In this document: piece after piece, positions 25,798-32,000 of the stretch
Position numbering within the stretch: the stretch's first letter is position 1
How the letters are laid out: every line of letters starts with the position of its first letter
Assembly: GCA_965250005.1 (NCBI GenBank)
Contig: OZ252279.1
Coordinates: 1,830,001 to 1,862,000 of the forward strand
Length of the DNA: 32,000 bases
Direction of reading: 5' to 3'
Source: Demequinaceae bacterium
GTDB lineage: Bacteria > Actinomycetota > Actinomycetes > Actinomycetales > Demequinaceae
Notes under the pieces: generated by a model
Databases searched by the model: none
What the model was told of the DNA's origin: nothing
What the model saw: the letters and a program-made list of their open reading frames with translations, nothing else
Made by a program: the position numbers and the translations under genes

Positions 25798-27021
25798 CGC
25801 GCGGATCGCATCGAGGTACTGATCCACCGTTCCCTCTTTGGCATGCGTTTGCGCGCGCACCGTGGGTGTGTGCAGCAGGGTTCGCGCGAAGCGCCGTAGC
25901 GCCTCTTCCGTCTGCTCAGCGGATGCTACTTGATCGGCGGGCGCGCCGGGGCGCGGGCGCACCTTCGCGATTTCCGTCTCCAGCAGCCCAAAGACGTGTT
26001 CTCTCAGCGCTACGACTGCGGGGTCGAGGACACGAGCGTGCTCCCCGTGCCCGAATCGCGCGACTGCTTGCGCCACCAGTGCCCGCGCGGACTCCACGCT
26101 CTGTGGACTCTCGTCCGGAGCGTGAGCGGCCACTTCGGTCAGGTCCACCACGGTGACGCCGCGCATGTCAGCAACCCCGGGCGCCACGTCGCGGTGGAGT
26201 GCCAGGTCAACGATCGTGAGCTTGCGCGGCCGCGCTTTGAGCGCGGCGGCGATCAGTGTCGGAGTCAGGACGATGCCCTCACCTCCCGAACACGCCAGCA
26301 CCACGTCGGCTCTCGCCAGAGCGCCAGCCAGATCTTCGAGCGGCACATCGTCAAGGGCGAAGAGTTCTCCGAATTCCGCGCCGCGTCCCGAAGGTGAGAA
26401 GACGCCAAAGACGTTCGCTCCGCGCGCATTCAGCAGGCCAACGCCTGTCGCGGCGAGCGCGCCCGTTCCGATCAGCAGTGCCTCTGCCCCGTCCCACTCG
26501 CGCAGCCCGTCGGCTAGGTCAAAGGCGACCGAGACGACCGACCGACCGGACGTGCCGAGCCCTGTGTGGGCCGCGACCTCTCGCGAGACCTGAAGCGCGG
26601 ATTGGAACAGGCGATCGAGGTGTGCAGAGAGGTGCCCTGCGGCGTGGGCGCTGGTGTATACCCGACGCACCTGGCCGGAGATTTCTCGCTCGCCCACGAC
26701 CATGGACTCGAGGCCGGAGGCCACGGACATGAGGTGTTGGGCGGTGTCGTCTCCCGTCAGGGTGATGAGCGCCGCGTCAACGGCTGGCAAGTCCAGCGCG
26801 GCGCGCGCCGCGATCGCTTCCAGCGCGCAGGCCCGCGCCGTGGCCACGTCGTCCGTGTCGAGGTAGACCTCGAAGCGGTTGCACGTAGGCAGGACGGCAG
26901 CGCCGACGATGCTCTCGCACCGCTCCACGAGCGCGGCAGAAAGCGTCTCAGCGCCCACGCTGAGCTGTTCGAGCACGGCGAGGTCGCGATTGTGGTGCGA
27001 GGCGACGAGGGCAACGAGCAT
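25762..27021 (-). CDS. hemA: Glutamyl-tRNA reductase
   Basis: Motifs MLVALVASHHNRDLAVLEQLS, VLPTCNRFEVYLD with the catalytic Cys, and the NADPH-binding ALLIGTGALA; 419 aa. Confidence 0.93.
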   Translation of the reverse strand: MLVALVASHHNRDLAVLEQLSVGAETLSAALVERCESIVGAAVLPTCNRFEVYLDTDDVATARACALEAIAARAALDLPAVDAALITLTGDDTAQHLMSVASGLESMVVGEREISGQVRRVYTSAHAAGHLSAHLDRLFQSALQVSREVAAHTGLGTSGRSVVSVAFDLADGLREWDGAEALLIGTGALAATGVGLLNARGANVFGVFSPSGRGAEFGELFALDDVPLEDLAGALARADVVLACSGGEGIVLTPTLIAAALKARPRKLTIVDLALHRDVAPGVADMRGVTVVDLTEVAAHAPDESPQSVESARALVAQAVARFGHGEHARVLDPAVVALREHVFGLLETEIAKVRPRPGAPADQVASAEQTEEALRRFARTLLHTPTVRAQTHAKEGTVDQYLDAIRALYGLDVLTPDA

Positions 27022-27083
27022 CTGCCTATTGTGCCAGTGCGCGAGGACGAACCCACGCCGCGGGCCCGGATTTGTGCGAGCGC

Positions 27084-28481
27084 CTAGGCGTCGCCCGTCA
27101 TTGACGTGACGTCCAGCAGCTCGTCCAGTCGCGCCTCGGTGATCTCACCGCGCTCCACGAATCCGAGCGCAATGGCAGATTCGCGCACTGTCTTGCCCTC
27201 GGCGACGGCGTGCTTGGCGATCTTCGCGGCGCTCTCGTAGCCGATGACGCGGTTCAGGGGCGTCACCACGCTCGGGCTTGCCTCGGCGTAGCGGCGGGCG
27301 CGTTCCGCATTCGCGGTGATGCCAGCGATGGTCTTGTCCGCCAGGGCGCGGGACGCGCTGCTCAGCAGGCGTAACGACTCGAGCGTCCCGAGCGCCATGA
27401 CGGGAATCTGCACGTTGAGTTCGAACGATCCGGATGCGCCCGCCCACGCGACGGTGGCGTCGTTTCCCACGACCCGAGAGCAGACCATGAGTACGGCCTC
27501 GGGGATCACGGGATTAACCTTGCCGGGCATGATCGAAGACCCCGGTTGGAGGTCAGGAAGCTGAATTTCGGCCAGGCCGGTGTTGGGGCCCGAGCCCATC
27601 CAGCGCAGGTCATTGCAGATCTTGGTGAGGCTCACGGCGACGACCCGCAGCGCGCCGCTCAATTCTACCAAACCATCGCGCGCGGACTGCGCCTCAAAGT
27701 GGTCCCGAGCCTCGGTGAGTGGAAGCCCGGTGTCCTCAGCGAGAAGAACGATCACTCGGGCGGCAAACCCGTCAGGAGTGTTGATCCCGGTGCCCACCGC
27801 TGTTCCACCCAGGGGAACCTCGCCCACGCGAGGAAGCGCCGCCTCCACGCGCTCGATACCGTGGCGGACCGCGGCGGCGTAGCCCCCGAACTCCTGGCCG
27901 AGCGTGACAGGAGTTGCGTCCATGAGGTGGGTCCGGCCGGACTTCACGACGGTGGCGAACTTCGCGGACTTGGCCTCGAGCGCGTTCGCGAGATGCCTGA
28001 GGGCAGGCACAAGGTCGTTGACCACACCAGCGGTGGCGGCCACATGAACGGAAGTCGGGAAGACGTCGTTCGAGGACTGGGAGGCGTTCACGTGGTCGTT
28101 CGGATGAACGTCTGACCCGAGCGCGGTCGTGGCAAGTGTCGCGAGGACCTCATTCATGTTCATGTTTGACGAGGTGCCGGAGCCCGTTTGGAATACGTCG
28201 ACGGGGAAGTGCGCGTCGTGGTGGCCCGCGGCTACTTGGTCGGCGGCACCAACGATGGCGTCGGCGATGCTGCGGTCAATGACGCCGAGCTCGGCGTTAG
28301 CCAGTGCCGCCGCTTTCTTGACCTGCGCCAGCGCCTCGATGTGACTTCGCTCGAGTCCGCGACCCGAGATAGGGAAGTTTTCCACAGCCCGCTGCGTCTG
28401 CGCGCGGTAGAGGGCATCCATGGGAACGCGGACCTCGCCCATGGTGTCGTGCTCGATGCGGTAAGCGGGATCGGCTGCCAT
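27084..28481 (-). CDS. fumC: Class II fumarate hydratase
   Basis: The ATG at 28481 gives 465 aa. Motifs [40 protein letters not shown] and the signature [11 protein letters not shown]. The first 121 codons of the track ORF are an unsupported upstream extension. Confidence 0.95.
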   Translation of the reverse strand: MAADPAYRIEHDTMGEVRVPMDALYRAQTQRAVENFPISGRGLERSHIEALAQVKKAAALANAELGVIDRSIADAIVGAADQVAAGHHDAHFPVDVFQTGSGTSSNMNMNEVLATLATTALGSDVHPNDHVNASQSSNDVFPTSVHVAATAGVVNDLVPALRHLANALEAKSAKFATVVKSGRTHLMDATPVTLGQEFGGYAAAVRHGIERVEAALPRVGEVPLGGTAVGTGINTPDGFAARVIVLLAEDTGLPLTEARDHFEAQSARDGLVELSGALRVVAVSLTKICNDLRWMGSGPNTGLAEIQLPDLQPGSSIMPGKVNPVIPEAVLMVCSRVVGNDATVAWAGASGSFELNVQIPVMALGTLESLRLLSSASRALADKTIAGITANAERARRYAEASPSVVTPLNRVIGYESAAKIAKHAVAEGKTVRESAIALGFVERGEITEARLDELLDVTSMTGDA

Positions 28482-28508
28482 GCCCTCATTGTGGCAGGTG
28501 CACACGGC

Positions 28509-28531
28509 AATGCCCCTAATTGTGGGGCATT
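28509..28531. promoter_or_regulatory. Perfect inverted repeat AATGCCCC-taattgt-GGGGCATT in the fumC / LRV-A divergent region
   Basis: 8-bp arms (28509-28516 and 28524-28531) with a 7-nt spacer. A related half-site ATTGTGGCA lies at 28488-28496, next to the fumC RBS. It could be an operator or a 5'-UTR hairpin of fumC. Confidence 0.3.
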
Positions 28532-28629
28532 CTCGCGTCATGATGGGGCCCCTGGGCCCTCTCATTAGGTGAAAGTCCAATGACGCGCGCAAGGACTTAT
28601 CCGCGCGCAAGACGCTGAGGAGAGTTCCG

Positions 28630-29013
28630 ATGGCCGCGACAAACACCGAGACTGCCACGCCCGAGTCCCGTGCCGCTTTTGGAGACCTGTCTGGCGAGGA
28701 GTTCATGACGCTAGTGCAGTCTCGGGATGTTTCGGCGCGGGTCGCAGCCGCTGGCCGCGAAGATGCGCCGCTCGGCGTTCTCGTCTCATTTGCGCAGGAC
28801 CGCAAGACAGAGGTTCGCGTGGCGGTCGCGACAAACACGGTCATTGGTCGCTCGCCTTCGGTTCAGTCCGTGCTCGCCGAAGACCGCGCCGTCGAGGTTG
28901 CGCGCGCGCTCATCCGCAACAGTGCCGTGTCGCGCTCGACCGTGGATCTGCTCTCCAAGGAGGGACCGCGGGCTGCTCGCTCGGAGGCGGCGGCCCGACT
29001 GGTGGCGGCCTAG
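28630..29013 (+). CDS. Small leucine-rich-variant (LRV)/HEAT-like repeat protein, paralog A (127 aa)
   Basis: GAGGAG RBS 7 nt upstream of the ATG. Four repeats of the LRV style are visible ([67 protein letters not shown]). Resembles the product of 30353..30793. Confidence 0.65.
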   Translation: MAATNTETATPESRAAFGDLSGEEFMTLVQSRDVSARVAAAGREDAPLGVLVSFAQDRKTEVRVAVATNTVIGRSPSVQSVLAEDRAVEVARALIRNSAVSRSTVDLLSKEGPRAARSEAAARLVAA

Positions 29014-29933
29014 CCTTCGCCCAGGTCGGCTCTCGTGGGAGGGTTCGCGCCCTTGCGTGAAACGGTGATCGCTGCAATACCGACGCAACGGTTTAGCACG
29101 TAGTTGAGCATCTCACTGTCGATTTTTCCGAGCCACTCGCGTTTGTCCGCTCCCAGGAGGCTCGCTCCCCAGAGGCCGTCGATCAATCCGGACATGAAGG
29201 AGTCTCCGGCGCCCACGGTGTCCGCCACCTTCACGCGCGGCGCGGTGACGTCAAGCTTGCGGCCGTCTCTGGTGAACGCTGTGGCCCCCTTGCCTCTGCG
29301 GGTCACGACAACGAGTGCCGGCCCCATGTTGAGCCAGTGGCGGGCCTGGTCCTCAACAGATGTGTCGTCGTGGAGCCACTCGAGATCTTCGTCGCTGACT
29401 TTCACAACGTCTGAGACTTCGATCATCTGGTCGACGAGTGCGCTGGCAGTGATGGGGTTCCCCATGAGGGACGGGCGAATGTTGGGGTCGTACGTGATGG
29501 TCGCGGTCCCGCGAGATTTCCGGATGATGTCTCGAGCCGTCTCGCTGCCGGGACGCAGAATCGCGGCGATGGACCCGGTGTGCACGATGACCGGCCGGCG
29601 CGTTGTTGCGGCGCCAGGATTAAGAGCCCACTGCAGATCGAATTCGTACGATGCCGCGCCTGCCTGGTCGATTGTCGCGCTGGAGATCGAGGTGCGCAGA
29701 GCAGACTCCGATCCCTTAACCAACTCGACACCTGCGTCTTCCATGTGCTCGCGGATGTCGCGGCCATTGTCGTCGAGGCCGATCCACGTGAGCAGTTCGA
29801 CTTTGCGTTCGAGCCGCGCGAGCCCGATCGCGACATTCGCCGGGGATCCCCCCACGAAGGACTCGGTGGTGCCGTCGGCGCGCCGGACCAGATCAATGAG
29901 CGCTTCGCCTATGACGAGGGCGTGATCGCTCAC
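29010..29933 (-). CDS. PfkB-family carbohydrate kinase (fructokinase/ribokinase-like)
   Basis: The GTG start overlaps the xseB stop (GTGA). Motifs ALVIGEALIDLV, GGSPANVAIGLARL and the PfkB signature DTVGAGDSFMSGLI; 307 aa. The sugar substrate cannot be determined from the sequence. Confidence 0.88.
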   Translation of the reverse strand: MSDHALVIGEALIDLVRRADGTTESFVGGSPANVAIGLARLERKVELLTWIGLDDNGRDIREHMEDAGVELVKGSESALRTSISSATIDQAGAASYEFDLQWALNPGAATTRRPVIVHTGSIAAILRPGSETARDIIRKSRGTATITYDPNIRPSLMGNPITASALVDQMIEVSDVVKVSDEDLEWLHDDTSVEDQARHWLNMGPALVVVTRRGKGATAFTRDGRKLDVTAPRVKVADTVGAGDSFMSGLIDGLWGASLLGADKREWLGKIDSEMLNYVLNRCVGIAAITVSRKGANPPTRADLGEG

Positions 29934-30208
29934 TCGGATTCATCTTCGGTTGCGATTGCCACGATGCCTGCGTCGGCCGTGTCGTGGTCTGCGAGGTTGT
30001 CATCGCTGAGGGAGCGAACGTCCGTGATGCGGTCGCGCGCGCCCTCGAGGAGCTGTTGGCATCGAACGGCTAGCGCCTCGCCTCGCTCCCAGAGCGTGAG
30101 CGAATCCTCAAGGGTCACCTCGCCGGCTTCCAACTTGGCGACGATCACCACGAGTTCATCGCGGGCTTGTTCGTACGTGAGGTTCTCGATTTCGACGGGC
30201 GTATTCAC
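29930..30208 (-). CDS. xseB: Exodeoxyribonuclease VII small subunit
   Basis: GTG start. LTYEQARDELVVIVAKLEAGEVTLEDSLTLWERGEALAVRCQQLL is the typical XseB helical hairpin, followed by an acidic tail; 92 aa. Confidence 0.9.
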   Translation of the reverse strand: MNTPVEIENLTYEQARDELVVIVAKLEAGEVTLEDSLTLWERGEALAVRCQQLLEGARDRITDVRSLSDDNLADHDTADAGIVAIATEDESE

Positions 30209-30352
30209 GCCATCACGCTACAACCTCGCGGCGCACTCTTGTGGAGAAATCCTGCCAGTGCCAACATTCTTGTGAAAAACCGCGTCATAAGAGCACAGGT
30301 CACGCCTCTCATTACATATAGAGCTACATCAGTACACAATGGGGTGAACGAC

Positions 30353-30793
30353 ATGTTTAGTGAAGAATACGGTCGCCAGACGGCCCTTGGAAGTGCGAAG
30401 AAGGCCCTTGATCCGAACTTGACCGACGATGAACTCGCCGGAATGGCACGTTCGGACGAAGTGAAGATTCGTGCAGTTGTGGCCGAGCGGACGCAAACGC
30501 CGCTCACGTCGCTTCTGCAACTCGCGAACGACCCGGCGCCTGCAGTCCGTGCCGGCGTTGCTCGTAATCCGCGAACGGACATCCCGATTGATGTCCGCGA
30601 CAGCCTTGCCCAGGATAAGAATCCCGAGGTCCTCCATGCGCTCATCCGCTGTGAGGCTGTGCCCCCGGAGATTTTGTCGCGACTGGGACGGTCGTGGAAC
30701 CGTGACGTCGCAGCGGCAGCGAAGGTGCGCGCGAAGAGCCTCAAAACAGTTCCCCCGCTCGCCGTCGGTTCGGTGGGGCTCGCCTCCAGCTGA
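30353..30793 (+). CDS. Small LRV/HEAT-like repeat protein, paralog B (146 aa)
   Basis: ATG at 30353, with an alternative in-frame GTG at 30344. Repeats are MARSDEVKIRAVVAERTQTP, LANDPAPAVRAGVARNPRTD, LAQDKNPEVLHALIRCEAVPPEIL and SWNRDVAAAAKVR. It is followed by a strong intrinsic terminator. The same-interval minus-strand ORF looks like antisense noise. Confidence 0.65.
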   Translation: MFSEEYGRQTALGSAKKALDPNLTDDELAGMARSDEVKIRAVVAERTQTPLTSLLQLANDPAPAVRAGVARNPRTDIPIDVRDSLAQDKNPEVLHALIRCEAVPPEILSRLGRSWNRDVAAAAKVRAKSLKTVPPLAVGSVGLASS

Positions 30794-30832
30794 GGGGGAG
30801 GCGAGTTCGCCCGAACCGCCACATTCGACTTG

Positions 30833-30868
30833 GAGCGGTCGGCGCTGTGAGGCGCCGGCCGCTCTTTT
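30833..30868 (+). terminator. Rho-independent terminator between convergent LRV-B and xseA
   Basis: 13-bp stem in which GAGCGGTCGGCGC (30833-30845) pairs with GCGCCGGCCGCTC (30852-30864), including one G.U pair. The loop is TGTGAG and TTTT follows (30865-30868). It starts 40 nt after the LRV-B stop. The T-tract overlaps the xseA stop codon on the other strand. Confidence 0.65.
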
Positions 30869-32000
30869 AGGTTGCCGGGCGCGCCTCGGTGACAGCCGCC
30901 GCGGCCTCGCCTGCGGCGAAACGGATGGTGAGGGGATCGCCAGGAGTAAGCGTCCCGGCGTTCCTCACCACTTCTCCCGCCGGGGAGTGCACTACGGCGT
31001 ATCCCCGATCGAGCGTGGACTGTGGGGACAGCGCCCGCAGGCTCGCCTTCAACTCCGTGAGCCCTCCCTGGGCTCCGGAGAGAATGGCAACAAGGGCGCG
31101 TCCACTCGACTGAGCAACGCGGGCGAGTTCCTGCTTGTGCGGGTCGATGAGCATGTTCGGGTGGACCATTACTGGCCGTGTCAAGTAGGCGATGAGCGCT
31201 TCGGCTTCGCGATCGAGCCGGGATTCGATTGACGCTCGTATGCTCGCGAGCGCACCCGCCACTCCGCGCGCTTCTTGAGCGGCGTCGGGGACGATGCGCT
31301 TGCCTGCGTCGGTCGGCGTCGACGCGCGCAGGTCGGCGACCAGGTCGAACAACGGGTTGTCTTTCTCGTGGCCGATGGCGCTTACCAAAGGAGTGACACA
31401 GTTTGCCGCGACCCGGAGCAGGGCCTCGGCGCTAAACGGAAGAAGGTCTTCAAGAGAGCCACCGCCGCGCGCAACCACGATCACGTCAACGTCCGGGTGT
31501 GCGTCGAGTTCTCTTATCGCCGCGCTCGTCTCGGGGACGCAGTTGGCGCCCTGGACCGTGACCCGGCGGATCTCGAACTTCACAGACGGCCAGCGTTCGG
31601 TGGCGTTGACCAACACGTCATGTTCGGCGTCGCCCTGGTTTGCGCACACTAGGCCAACGAGCTTGGGGACGAACGGCAGCGGCACCTTGCGATCGTCAGC
31701 AAACAGTCCTTCCTTGGCGAGGGCCTCGCGCAGTTTCTCGATGCGCGCGAGCAGGTCCCCAATCCCCACGGCGCGCAGTTCGCGCGCGTTCAGTTGGAAA
31801 GACCCATTCTTGAGTCGCCATTCAGGCTTGGCGTGGAGAACCACCTGTGCGCCGTCCGCCAGTGGTTGGTCCAGAGCGTCAACTTCGCTCGCGGGAACCA
31901 CTGCGCTCAGCGACATCTCGGCCTCAGCGTCGCGCAGCGTGAGGAATACCAGTTGGCGCCAGCGCTTCACGTTGACAGCCTGCCCCTCGACCCACACGGG
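30867..32000 (-). CDS. xseA: Exodeoxyribonuclease VII large subunit, C-terminal about 377 codons; the 5' end lies outside the window
   Basis: The frame is open to the window edge. VWVEGQAVNVKRWRQLVFLTLRD is the end of the OB-fold, followed by the catalytic core (VGLVCANQGDAEHDV, VARGGGSLEDLLPFS, PLVSAIGHEKDNPL) and a helical C-terminal region. Confidence 0.92.
   Translation of the reverse strand, partial: PVWVEGQAVNVKRWRQLVFLTLRDAEAEMSLSAVVPASEVDALDQPLADGAQVVLHAKPEWRLKNGSFQLNARELRAVGIGDLLARIEKLREALAKEGLFADDRKVPLPFVPKLVGLVCANQGDAEHDVLVNATERWPSVKFEIRRVTVQGANCVPETSAAIRELDAHPDVDVIVVARGGGSLEDLLPFSAEALLRVAANCVTPLVSAIGHEKDNPLFDLVADLRASTPTDAGKRIVPDAAQEARGVAGALASIRASIESRLDREAEALIAYLTRPVMVHPNMLIDPHKQELARVAQSSGRALVAILSGAQGGLTELKASLRALSPQSTLDRGYAVVHSPAGEVVRNAGTLTPGDPLTIRFAAGEAAAAVTEARPAT

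Noticed and set aside
28482-28844. 121-codon N-terminal extension of the fumC ORF (586 aa in the track)
   Set aside because: Fumarase homology begins at the Met at 28481, which has an upstream GAGGG. The extension overlaps the divergent LRV-A gene start and is compositionally noise-like.
29104-29925. 273-aa plus-strand ORF
   Set aside because: It is antisense to the PfkB kinase, which carries the DTVGAGDSF signature. Its product is Ser/Arg/Pro-rich noise.
30205-30822. 205-aa minus-strand ORF that would neatly fill the gap between xseA and xseB on their own strand
   Set aside because: Its product is low-information (Ser/Arg/Ala/Thr-rich, no motifs). The opposite strand encodes clear LRV repeats with a paralog at 28630. 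The terminator polarity (TTTT on the plus strand) also fits the plus-strand gene.

Overview
This is a high-GC, Actinomycetota-type chromosomal core segment, densely coding on both strands. I found no transposase, integrase, CRISPR array, rRNA or long non-coding repeat. Gene content and local order follow conserved actinobacterial housekeeping blocks known from Mycobacterium tuberculosis. These are the Rv1014c-Rv1026 block (glmU, prs, lipoprotein, rplY/ctc, pth, mfd, mazG, lipoprotein, eno, ftsB/divIC-like, DUF501, ppx/gppA), the Rv1080c-Rv1086 block (greA, DUF4307, hemolysin III, cis-prenyltransferase), Rv1095 (PIN-PhoH2), Rv1098c (fumC) and Rv1107c/1108c (xseB/xseA). Also present are msrA, an AI-2E transporter, a Bax-inhibitor/YccA-type membrane protein, hemA, a PfkB sugar kinase and one tRNA. 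Many track ORFs are antisense or 5'-extended high-GC artefacts, so I trimmed starts where an RBS or signal peptide supported it. I do not see a convincing self-contained novel multi-gene system, and most of the window is ordinary core genome. The leads worth a second look are: (1) a 77-nt tRNA with anticodon UAA that folds by hand as a class I tRNA with a 5-nt variable loop, unlike canonical long-arm bacterial tRNA-Leu; (2) a large secreted choice-of-anchor-L/metzincin protein wedged on the opposite strand into the conserved DUF501-ppx junction, with a sorting-signal-like C-terminus lacking LPXTG; (3) two tandem paralogous lipoproteins of unknown fold plus a translationally coupled small membrane protein; (4) a 21-codon uORF and 9-bp GC hairpin abutting the PIN-PhoH2 start; (5) tandem AIG1/Pr6Pr-like membrane proteins after phoH2; (6) two paralogous LRV-repeat proteins bracketing a pfkB-xseB unit, with xseA and xseB split by an opposite-strand gene and a strong terminator. 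All calls rest on reading the sequence and recognising motifs; no searches were run.
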